Below, piece after piece: positions 39,478-48,282 of a stretch of 64,000 nt of DNA. Both the position numbers and the translations under genes were made by a program. Source of the DNA: an uncultured Acidobacteriota bacterium. GTDB lineage: Bacteria > Acidobacteriota > Terriglobia > Acidiferrales > UBA7541. The stretch spans positions 123,184-187,183 of the forward strand of contig CAVVZY010000011.1 in the NCBI GenBank assembly GCA_963752925.1. Direction: 5' to 3'. Under the pieces are notes generated by a model, which worked only from the letters and a program-made list of their open reading frames with translations, searched no databases and was not told where the DNA came from. Each line of letters begins with the position of its first letter. Position 1 is the stretch's first letter.

Positions 39478-41445
39478 TCAAGTCCGGCGCTCGCGAATCA
39501 GGCGGATGGCATCAGGTAGAGCCGAGCCTCCGGTTCCCGCGGAATCCGCATCTCCGTTCGGGTCCTGAAGGTCCTCGATCGGCGTATCGCCTTCGCCGGG
39601 CGCGAGGAAAAGATTCGTTTCGATGCCGTGCTGTCGCGTGTAAAGGTCGTAGTAGCGGCCTCTGTCCGAGTAGAGCGACGCGTGGGTGCCGCGCTCGATG
39701 ATTTTTCCGGCCTCGACGACCAGGATCTGATCGGCGCGGCGAATCGTGGATAGGCGATGGGCGATCACGAACGTGGTGCGCCCGCGCATCAGGAAGCGCA
39801 ATCCCTCCTGAATCAGCGCCTCCGATTCGGAGTCGAGGCTCGAAGTAGCTTCGTCCAGAATCAAGATGCGCGGGTCCGCCAGAATGGCCCGGGCGATCGA
39901 GACGCGCTGCTTCTGGCCTCCGGAAAGTTTCACGCCCCGCTCGCCGACCACAGTGTCGTATTTCTTCTCAAACCCCTCGGCGAATTCATCCACGCGAGCA
40001 ATGCGGCATGCCGCGAGGATTTCCTCCTCGCGAGCTTCAGGACGAGCGAAAGCCACGTTCTCGCGGATCGTGCCGTCGAAGAGAAACGTTTCCTGCAATA
40101 CGACTCCGAGCTGCGTGCGATAGGAATCGAGGCGCACGTGAGCGAGATCGACACCATCCACGAGCACCCGGCCTGCCGTCGGCACGTAAAACGCCGCGAT
40201 CAGTCCGATGATGGTGGATTTCCCGGCGCCGGAGGGGCCGACCAGCGCGGTCGAGGTGCCGGGCGCCGATTCGAAGCTGATGCCGCGCAGGACGGGCTTA
40301 CCGGGATCGTAGGCGAAGTCCACGTTTTCGAAAACGACGCGGCCTTCGACGCGATCTAGCCGCTCGGTCCGCTGCGGGTCCTGATCCTCAAGTTTTTCAT
40401 TCAGCACTTCTCGAGTGCGCTCGAGCCCGGCGAGGGCTTCGGTCATTTGCGGTCCGACCGACGCAATCTGCGCCACGGGCGCGATCAGGAAAGCGAGAAA
40501 GGCCATGTAGGCAATGAGGGACCCAACGGACATCGTTCCGGCGAGAATGTTTCGCGCGCCAAGGAATATCATGGACGCGGTAACGATCCCCATCAGAGCG
40601 GTGGCCGAAAAACTCATCAGTGACGTGGCCGTCAGCGTCTGCAGCACATTGTCCAGCAGCTTCTGTACGCCGCCCTGGAAGACTTTCTCTTCACGCTCCT
40701 CGGCGTGGTAACCCTTCACGACGCGCACGCCGCCAAGCGATTCCGTGAGGCGACCGGTTACCTCTGCGTTTAGCTTAGGGCGCGCGCGATACATCGGGCG
40801 AATGGTCCTAAACGCTTTACTCAGACCGAGGCCGAAAATCACGACGGCCACGAACGCTGCTGCGGTCATCGAAACGCTCACCCGCAAGAGGTAGCCCAAA
40901 GCGAGAATTGCCGTGACGATTCCGCCGGCGAAATCCACCAGACCCGTGCCGATCAGATTGCGCACGCCCTCGACGTCGCTCATGATCCGCGAGACGAGTA
41001 CGCCCGTTTTGTTTGCGTCGTAGTACGATACGGGCAGCCGTCCGATATGCGCTTGCACCGCAATGCGCAGCTCCGTGATCATTCTCTGGGACGATTTCGA
41101 CAGCAATTGCGTGAGCGAGTAGGAAGTCATTCCCTGCAGGATCGTAGCGCCGATCACCGCCAACACGAGCCGAGGCAACAAGTAGGCCTCGTGTTTGCCG
41201 ATTACGTTGTCGAACAGATACTTGAGCGAAGCGGGCGCCACCAGCCCGGAAACTCGGTTGACGAGCATCAGTCCGAATCCGATGGCGAGAATCCCGCGGC
41301 GGGGCTTGATCAGTTTCCAGACATCCGGCAATAACTTCCAGAACGGCTGCTTGGAGGGGCTACTCGAGCCTGCCGCTGCGGATCTTCCGAGCCTGTCGCC
41401 TCTCGTGGCCGTCCTGCCCGCGGGGGATGATGGGAATGGTGGCAT
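39478..41445 (-). CDS. ABC transporter, fused permease/ATPase (MsbA-like exporter)
   Basis: ATG at 41445 preferred (MPPFPSS...). 6-TM domain, then Walker A GPSGAGKST, signature LSGGQKQR and Walker B ILILDEATS. Confidence 0.85.
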   Translation of the reverse strand: MPPFPSSPAGRTATRGDRLGRSAAAGSSSPSKQPFWKLLPDVWKLIKPRRGILAIGFGLMLVNRVSGLVAPASLKYLFDNVIGKHEAYLLPRLVLAVIGATILQGMTSYSLTQLLSKSSQRMITELRIAVQAHIGRLPVSYYDANKTGVLVSRIMSDVEGVRNLIGTGLVDFAGGIVTAILALGYLLRVSVSMTAAAFVAVVIFGLGLSKAFRTIRPMYRARPKLNAEVTGRLTESLGGVRVVKGYHAEEREEKVFQGGVQKLLDNVLQTLTATSLMSFSATALMGIVTASMIFLGARNILAGTMSVGSLIAYMAFLAFLIAPVAQIASVGPQMTEALAGLERTREVLNEKLEDQDPQRTERLDRVEGRVVFENVDFAYDPGKPVLRGISFESAPGTSTALVGPSGAGKSTIIGLIAAFYVPTAGRVLVDGVDLAHVRLDSYRTQLGVVLQETFLFDGTIRENVAFARPEAREEEILAACRIARVDEFAEGFEKKYDTVVGERGVKLSGGQKQRVSIARAILADPRILILDEATSSLDSESEALIQEGLRFLMRGRTTFVIAHRLSTIRRADQILVVEAGKIIERGTHASLYSDRGRYYDLYTRQHGIETNLFLAPGEGDTPIEDLQDPNGDADSAGTGGSALPDAIRLIRERRT

Positions 41446-41605
41446 TCTGACTAGGTTCGCCTCTGCTGATTTCTCTTGAGCTATTCGAATTATAGCGGAA
41501 CGGCTGTGCGAGCGCGATGTTTGCGCGGACGAAGGCGTTGGTCGAATATTCGTCGGCGAGGCGAGACTGCCCGCGGTCTCCCGCAGCAAGCTGCGCCGAG
41601 GCCGC

Positions 41606-44317
41606 TTACAGAGTTGTGCTCATGTCGCTTGAGGTGCCACCAGCCGCGGGCACATAGCATTTGCGCGTGTAGTCCATCACCATGCGGTCGGCATTGAACC
41701 GCCAGCCGAGGGTTCGGATGGTTCGCTTCATGCGCTTGATCCAGCCGCGCGGGAGCCCGTCGCGGTCGCGTTGATAGTAGAGCGGAATCACCACATCAAG
41801 CAGCGTGCGATACAGATCTTCGCCGTCGCGCGCGTCGTGAACGTCCATGTGGGAATGAGTCCTGCCGGTGCCGATCGCGAAACCGTTTAAGCCGTCGTAG
41901 GCCTCCGCCCACCAGCCGTCGAGCACGGACAGATTCAGACCGCCGTTCAGGACGACTTTCTGGCCGCTCGTACCCGACGCCTCCAGCGGACGCCGCGGAT
42001 TGTTCAGCCACACATCCACGCCCTGGACGAAATGGCGCCCGACGTTAATGTCATAATCTTCGACGAAGAGAAACTTGTCCGCGAACTGAGGATTGCGCAT
42101 CATCTGAGCGATTTCTTGCAGCATGCGCTTGCCGGGATCGTCCCGCGGATGAGATTTTCCGGCGAAAACAAATTGAACCGGCCGCTTCGGATCGTTCACC
42201 ATCGAGGCCAGCTTTTCGATATCCCTCAGAATCAAGTCGGCCCGCTTATAGGTCGCGAAGCGGCGCGCAAACCCGATGGTCAGGGCATCCGGGCTGAACA
42301 GGTTGCTTAGCCTCTGCAGCACTTCCGGAGCTTCGTTGCGGCGCTCGGCTTGGGTTACCGCACGGCGGCGAACGAATTCCAGAAGGCGCGATTTCAAACT
42401 GAGATGCGTTTCCCAAAGTTCGCCATCGTCCACACTTTCGATGCCTTCCCAGATGCGCGCCTCGCTGCTGTGTTCGTGCCACCCCGTTCCCAGATGCCGG
42501 TCGTAAAGACGAAACATTTGCGGCGCGAGCCACGTGGGGACATGCACGCCATTGGTGATATGTCCGATGGGCACGGCGTCTTCCGTCTTGCCGGGATAGA
42601 GCCCCGTCCACATCGCCCGGGACACCTCGCCATGCAGAGCGGAAACGGCATTGGCGCGTCGCGCCATCTTCAACCCCAGGACCGTCATGCAGAACTCTTC
42701 GTTCTGGTTGCCCGGATTCTCACGTCCGAGGGCCATCAATTTGTCGGGCGACAGCCCCAGAAATTCTCCGAGAGGCCCCAGGTGTTCCTCGATGAGCTCC
42801 GCGCCAAAGCGATCGTGCCCCGCCGGCACCGGTGTGTGGGTGGTAAACACCACTTCCCGCGAAACGCGGTGGACTGCATCGTCGAACCCCAGGCCTTCAT
42901 CCTGCATACGATTGCGAATGGCTTCGAGGACCGCAAATCCGCTGTGCCCTTCGTTGAGGTGAAGAACGCCCGGCGTGATGCCCATCGCTTTCAGGGCACG
43001 AAAACCTCCCACACCGAGTAACAGCTCTTGCCGGATTCGGACACGCGCATCTCCACCATAGAGACGCGATGTGAGCTCGACGTCTTGCGGGGCGTTCCCC
43101 TGGACGTTTGAATCGAGAAGAAGCAGATCGCAACGACCCACCTTCATGCGCCAGACTTTCGCGCGGATCAAACCGCTGCGCGTTTCGATTTGCACCGTTA
43201 CCGCTTCGCCGTTAGCCCCGATCGCCAGTTCCATGGGCAGCTGGGTTACATCCGACTCCAGATAATCCTCCTGTTGCCAGCCGCTGGCGTCGAGCCATTG
43301 CCGGAAGTATCCCTGGCCGTAGAACAGGCCTACGCCGACCAGCGGAATCCCCAGATCGGACGCGCTCTTGATGTGATCGCCTGCGAGGACACCCAATCCG
43401 CCGGAGTATTCTGGAATCGATTCGTGCAATCCGAACTCGGCCGAGAAATACGCCACGGGGCGGGGTCGCAGCACGCCGGCGTGCCTGGTGCCCCATGTGC
43501 GATCGGCTTCGAGGTATTCGAGCTGGCGACGATACGCATAGTTAATGCGGCTATGCAGCACCAGTTCTCCAGCGCGGTGCTCGATTTCTGCAAGAGGAAT
43601 CTCGCTCAGCATGGATACCGGATTGTGATTGAGCTGTCTCCAGCGCACTGGATCCAGGTCGCGGAACAGGCTGGTCGAATCATAGTCCCACGACCACCAC
43701 ACGTTGCGGGCCAGCGACCAGAGCCGCTCCTGTGCAGGCGCGATGAACCGATCGAGCGTGCGAGCTTCGCTCACGACCGGCGCCACCTCCGCGGCTGCTT
43801 TCGCCAGCATCTGAACTTCGTCTTCCCGAAAGACTCGTGCCTCGATGGTTTGGACGACGAGAACGCCTTGGAGAACGCCTCGATCAATCAGCGGAACGCC
43901 GAGGAACGATTGGTATGCGTCTTCACCCGCCTCACGGAAGTACTTAAACCGCGGATGATCTTTCGCCTGCTCCACCGCAACGGGATGCACCTGTTCGGCC
44001 ACCAGGCCGGCTAAACCTTCGTGGATTCCCATGCGCAGAGTGCCGATACATTCGCGCCGCAGCCCCACGGTGGCGGCCAACACCAGATTCGCCCGGTCGG
44101 GCTCCAAAAGGTAGGCCGAACACACGTCGGTTTCAAACCGCTTGGCAATTAGCGCGACCACATTCATCAGGGTTTCGGCCGGCTTGCCTCCCTGCTGTGC
44201 GAGGTTCCCGATCTCTTCGAGAGTCAGGACGTAACTCGCATCACGCTCTTCAGTGCTCTGGCTCAAGGTCTGTATTCCCTTGCGATCAATTTTCCGTCGG
44301 ACGCCCGATTGTGCCAT
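41606..44317 (-). CDS. glgP: alpha-glucan phosphorylase (GT35) with N-terminal PtsP-type GAF domain
   Basis: 903 aa. N-terminal about 190 aa are GAF-like (DVCSAYLLEP...EGLAGLV...HPRFKYF...FLGVPL...GVLVVQT). Then WWSWDYDSTSLFRDLDP (DUF3417-type) and a phosphorylase core with the EASGTSGQK pyridoxal-phosphate Lys region. Confidence 0.88.
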   Translation of the reverse strand: MAQSGVRRKIDRKGIQTLSQSTEERDASYVLTLEEIGNLAQQGGKPAETLMNVVALIAKRFETDVCSAYLLEPDRANLVLAATVGLRRECIGTLRMGIHEGLAGLVAEQVHPVAVEQAKDHPRFKYFREAGEDAYQSFLGVPLIDRGVLQGVLVVQTIEARVFREDEVQMLAKAAAEVAPVVSEARTLDRFIAPAQERLWSLARNVWWSWDYDSTSLFRDLDPVRWRQLNHNPVSMLSEIPLAEIEHRAGELVLHSRINYAYRRQLEYLEADRTWGTRHAGVLRPRPVAYFSAEFGLHESIPEYSGGLGVLAGDHIKSASDLGIPLVGVGLFYGQGYFRQWLDASGWQQEDYLESDVTQLPMELAIGANGEAVTVQIETRSGLIRAKVWRMKVGRCDLLLLDSNVQGNAPQDVELTSRLYGGDARVRIRQELLLGVGGFRALKAMGITPGVLHLNEGHSGFAVLEAIRNRMQDEGLGFDDAVHRVSREVVFTTHTPVPAGHDRFGAELIEEHLGPLGEFLGLSPDKLMALGRENPGNQNEEFCMTVLGLKMARRANAVSALHGEVSRAMWTGLYPGKTEDAVPIGHITNGVHVPTWLAPQMFRLYDRHLGTGWHEHSSEARIWEGIESVDDGELWETHLSLKSRLLEFVRRRAVTQAERRNEAPEVLQRLSNLFSPDALTIGFARRFATYKRADLILRDIEKLASMVNDPKRPVQFVFAGKSHPRDDPGKRMLQEIAQMMRNPQFADKFLFVEDYDINVGRHFVQGVDVWLNNPRRPLEASGTSGQKVVLNGGLNLSVLDGWWAEAYDGLNGFAIGTGRTHSHMDVHDARDGEDLYRTLLDVVIPLYYQRDRDGLPRGWIKRMKRTIRTLGWRFNADRMVMDYTRKCYVPAAGGTSSDMSTTL

Positions 44318-44598
44318 TGCGTCTGCCTCTATTTATCTCATGCCTTGACGATTGGGAAGCGGTCGCGCGAGAGCTACGGTCGCGGAGATGCAACCCCCGC
44401 ACTTCGCTGCCGCCTGGCTCAGGCCCTGCCACGGCAAAATTCGCAGTCAGCTGACCAGCACCCCGCAGAACTCTAGTTGCCGGGTGCGCGCCAAGTCCAA
44501 TCCAAATTGCTGATTGTGAATATCACCGGTGACTGCGGGGCCATTCTTCAAGTTGTGGGACTCAATGCGGAAACGAGGGAGGCTTGAAGCGCCGCGCC

Positions 44599-46071
44599 TC
44601 AGCGCGCGGCGTCGGTAAAATGAAACCGGAGGTCCACTTCCTTCTGGACTTCGATAGGCTTGCCATCAAGAAAGGTCGGCGAGTAACGCCACTGCAGAAC
44701 GGCTTTCTCGGCAGCCTCGACTAGTAATCGCGAACCGCCCAATACGGCTACGCCACGAACGCTGCCATCTGCGCCGATCGTGACATTCAGCCTTACAGTG
44801 CCTTCCACCCGTTGGTTTCTGGCCAATGTCGGATAGCTTGGATCCACGCGGTGCACTAACTGACCCTGTTTGACGACGCCCGTCGCGGGCGGCGGTTCGG
44901 GCACGCGCAGGGTCGGCGGTCCCGCGAGGGCGTGAGAATTGATCGCTCCCGACGATGTCAGGACACTTTCAGTCCCGCCCGGAGCATCCGCTAGAACCGG
45001 TGGGTTCTCTTTCACGAGCCTGCCATCATCGGCAGCTGCTCGTATTTGTTGCGGAGGAGAGAGGATCCACGTCCGGAAGCCCGACTGCAGCTTGCGCGCT
45101 GGCGAGGGAAGGATTGCGGAGGTCGGTCGGCGAGCGCTATCTGCAGAATTGTCCAGCGGGCCATCGAACGGGATCGTCCACCGCTGGTTACTCGCATTCA
45201 CTACTTCGATCTCGGAGACTCGAGCCACCGGCATCGCAGAGCTCGATGCGTTCCCGCGATCGGCTGCGCCGTTCTGCAACGCAATCGGATGAATTCTCAG
45301 AAAAAGTTTCCCCAAGTCTCCCTGTCCGGCCGCCCACCCTAGGGCGAGTGAACCAACGGCAAGAAGCCCAAGGATGGTCGCTAGAGCCGCGTGGTTGCTG
45401 AACAGCCTGGACACGACGTGAGGCGCGGAGGCGGCCATTTGAACAGCTTGTTCGGGGTCGGATTCTTGAGCTTGATTTGGAGCCGACGCGCTCGTCTCAG
45501 CCAGGCTTGACAAGTTCGTCTCTGGGACCGGTGCGGCCGGTATGGCATTTCCAATTTGCACGGCGGTAGCCGCCCGGTCATGTTCCTCGCTTCGATCTTT
45601 TGTGACGAAGCTCGCCTCCACGGTAGGGGCGATTGAAATCTCGGATTCGCCGGCGTCGGGTACCGCCGTTGGCGGTTCGACGTCTTCTGACGGTGTGCCT
45701 AGCTCGAGATCTTCTACGGCCGGCGAATTTTCGCGGACGAACCATTCTCTGATTCGGCTGCGTGCTTCCTCGGGGAGATCGACAAACTCGAGACCCGCCA
45801 CTTTTCTCGATGGGCCCGTCCAGGTGATCCGCGCGTTTGCTTCGATCCAGCCCTCGGACTCCGACAGCTGAAAACGCACACCGGGCAGAAGGTCGTCCAT
45901 CAGGCTTGTGACGGCTTGCACGGAGAGGCCGCCTTCACTGATGTTCAGGATAATGCCGCCATTTCCTTCATCGAGTTCCACGTAGGCGAGAGACCGGATC
46001 GGTTGACGGGCGTACAGGCGGCGGTCGGACGGCGGTGCTGGATCGTGGGCCTGCGCGAGAGTGTTGGACAT
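44599..46071 (-). CDS. PilZ - TM - TonB C-terminal domain fusion protein
   Basis: N-terminus RLYAR...LNISEGG (canonical PilZ motifs). TM segment ALATILGLLAVGSLALGWAAG. Low-complexity linker. C-terminus VDPSYPTLARNQRVEGTVRLNVTIGADGSV...AVLQWRYSPTFLDGKPIEV (TonB_C). Confidence 0.75.
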   Translation of the reverse strand: MSNTLAQAHDPAPPSDRRLYARQPIRSLAYVELDEGNGGIILNISEGGLSVQAVTSLMDDLLPGVRFQLSESEGWIEANARITWTGPSRKVAGLEFVDLPEEARSRIREWFVRENSPAVEDLELGTPSEDVEPPTAVPDAGESEISIAPTVEASFVTKDRSEEHDRAATAVQIGNAIPAAPVPETNLSSLAETSASAPNQAQESDPEQAVQMAASAPHVVSRLFSNHAALATILGLLAVGSLALGWAAGQGDLGKLFLRIHPIALQNGAADRGNASSSAMPVARVSEIEVVNASNQRWTIPFDGPLDNSADSARRPTSAILPSPARKLQSGFRTWILSPPQQIRAAADDGRLVKENPPVLADAPGGTESVLTSSGAINSHALAGPPTLRVPEPPPATGVVKQGQLVHRVDPSYPTLARNQRVEGTVRLNVTIGADGSVRGVAVLGGSRLLVEAAEKAVLQWRYSPTFLDGKPIEVQKEVDLRFHFTDAAR

Positions 46072-46198
46072 AACCGACGAACTTCCTTTGGTTGCGGGCC
46101 CGGGTTCCGCAACGATCCGCTAATTGGATCGATTGTATGCTGGCCGAGGGGGTAATTCAAGACTGCGGCCGAGTCAGGCCGGAGCTTCCCGACCAGAG

Positions 46199-46756
46199 TC
46201 AGTTTTGGCCGTTCGGCGCAGGCGCTTGCGGGGATTCCGGCGACGTGGTGGCGAGTTCGATTTGATACCGATTCGCCTGATCGAACAGCACGAATCCCTG
46301 GAGGCCCGCAACTTGTTCGGCCACAAACTGCCTAAGCTGGCGATCTGCGGAGGAATCCCTCTGCGTCGGCCAGTCGAAAGGATGGCTCATTTCGAGCGAG
46401 ATGCGGGTTCGATCGTTGGCGGGTACGAACGCGGCAGAATCCAGGCTAACTTGTTGGGCGGCGGTCAAGATTCCATTTGGCTGGAGCCGGCTCATAATGA
46501 CGACGTTCGGTCCGCTCGCCAGCCGGTAGTCGGTGCCCGTCCTATTGTCCAAGTCGTAGGAAAAGACCACGGCTGCATGGGCGGAATCCACTTCGCGTAC
46601 CCGCACACCCGCGAGCGTGCTCTCGATCGCGCGCGAGTTCCACGAATTCGCCCGAGCGGTGAAGAATCGGGCCCGTGAAAATGCGGCGAGGAGCAGGACC
46701 AGTGCGAGTCCGCAAACCGCCAGTCCGATCCAGCCGAGTTTTTTCCAGTGCTGCAT
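46199..46756 (-). CDS. membrane-anchored hypothetical protein
   Basis: Track ORF is 331 aa but its upstream part overlaps the opposite-strand gene. The ATG at 46756 gives MQHWKKLGWIGLAVCGLALVLLLAAF (signal anchor), 185 aa. Confidence 0.5.
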   Translation of the reverse strand: MQHWKKLGWIGLAVCGLALVLLLAAFSRARFFTARANSWNSRAIESTLAGVRVREVDSAHAAVVFSYDLDNRTGTDYRLASGPNVVIMSRLQPNGILTAAQQVSLDSAAFVPANDRTRISLEMSHPFDWPTQRDSSADRQLRQFVAEQVAGLQGFVLFDQANRYQIELATTSPESPQAPAPNGQN

Positions 46757-46908
46757 CAGTGTCGCGTCAGGGATGAAATCTATCACAGAAGCCCTGGTTA
46801 CACGATGCACGCCCAGCCGCAGTGCCCGGTATGCTTGACACGAATGCCTATCGAGGACTAGCCTCCGGGCGGCAAGCGGGTACCCACCCCAATTCTTCCG
46901 GAGGAAAA

Positions 46909-47676
46909 ATGAAATTTGGCAAGTACGCATCCGCGTCCGCCGTGATGTTACTGGCGGCGTTTTCCGCCTCAGCCCAGACCAACCCTGGAACCATCGCTGC
47001 TTTGGAGTCTCAGACGCCCAAAACAGGCATGACACAACAGTACGAACAAGGCCGCAAACAGAAGGCGGATTGGCACAAACAGCAAAAGGATCCGCAGCCA
47101 TTGTACGTGTTCGAGACCATGAGCGGCGACGCCACCGGAACCTATCTCGTCGGGCGATTGGGACAACACTGGGCGGATTTCGACAAGCCGGCAATCCCCG
47201 ATTCCGCCGATACCGACGAGTTCAACAAAGTGATCGGGTCGTACGTGCAGTCGGTGACCGACCGCTACTACCAATTCATGCCTAAGGTCAGCAACCCTGA
47301 CAATTCTTCTACTTCGCCGTCCGCTTACACGGAGGTGGTTACCTTCCGCGTGCACCGCGACAAAATAGGAGCATTCCGGGGCGCTCTGGCTAGAGTGGGC
47401 GAGGCTGCTCAAAAGACCAAATGGCCGGTTCACTATGAGTTCTACGAACTCGTCAACGGAGGCTTCGACGGCACATTCGTGCTGGCCGAGCCGCGTGCAA
47501 ATTGGGCGGACTTCGAAGAGAAACCGGACGTGAAACCGTTCCGCGAAATGCTGAAGGACGCATTCGGTCAGAATGAGGCCGACTCGGTCTACGACCGGCT
47601 AGAGAATTCGATCGATAGCGAATATAGCGAAATTCTCAAATTCCGGACGGACCTCAGCTACATTCCCGCAAAGTAG
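46909..47676 (+). CDS. secreted hypothetical protein
   Basis: ATG after GGAGGA. MKFGKYASASAVMLLAAFSASAQT is a signal peptide. No domain recognised. Confidence 0.6.
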   Translation: MKFGKYASASAVMLLAAFSASAQTNPGTIAALESQTPKTGMTQQYEQGRKQKADWHKQQKDPQPLYVFETMSGDATGTYLVGRLGQHWADFDKPAIPDSADTDEFNKVIGSYVQSVTDRYYQFMPKVSNPDNSSTSPSAYTEVVTFRVHRDKIGAFRGALARVGEAAQKTKWPVHYEFYELVNGGFDGTFVLAEPRANWADFEEKPDVKPFREMLKDAFGQNEADSVYDRLENSIDSEYSEILKFRTDLSYIPAK

Positions 47677-47808
47677 CACAAAGATGCGCACCACCCCCGG
47701 TCAAACCCGGGCGCTCAGGGCCCGCGAGTCTCCCTCACGGAGATTCGCGGGCTTATTTCCCCCAACGGATTCATGAATCGGAACGGTACTTCGAGTAATC
47801 TAACGACT

Positions 47809-48222
47809 ATGGGCGATAAGATTCGTAAGGATAACTCAGAGTGGCGGGCGAAGCTGACGGACGAGCAGTACCGCGTCACGCGCCAGAAGGGAACTGAGCC
47901 GCCGTTCACCGGAGAGTATGAAGATACGGAAACGGAAGGGACCTACGTTTGCGTATGTTGCGGACAGCAGCTTTTTGCTTCCGACGCGAAATACCATTCC
48001 GGGTCCGGTTGGCCCAGCTACTGGCAGCCGATCAAGGCTGAAAACGTCGAAATGGAGAGCGACGCCGCTCACGGCATGGTTCGTACGGAAGTCATGTGCA
48101 GCCGGTGCGACGCCCACCTCGGGCACGTCTTCGAAGATGGCCCTCAGCCGACCGGGCTGCGCTTCTGCATCAACTCGGCGGCACTGCGTTTGATCGAGAA
48201 AGACTCCGACAAGAAGAGTTGA
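47809..48222 (+). CDS. msrB: peptide-methionine (R)-S-oxide reductase
   Basis: [58 protein letters not shown]. Confidence 0.88.
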   Translation: MGDKIRKDNSEWRAKLTDEQYRVTRQKGTEPPFTGEYEDTETEGTYVCVCCGQQLFASDAKYHSGSGWPSYWQPIKAENVEMESDAAHGMVRTEVMCSRCDAHLGHVFEDGPQPTGLRFCINSAALRLIEKDSDKKS

Positions 48223-48282
48223 CGCCGTTTGCGGAGCGCACCGCGTCGTCCCTCTCGGCTTCCCGCTCTTCGCACACCCAGC

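Noticed and set aside
46757-47194. Upstream 146 codons of minus-strand ORF 46199..47194
   Set aside because: They overlap the well-supported plus-strand gene starting at 46909 and are Arg-rich. The ATG at 46756 gives a proper signal anchor.
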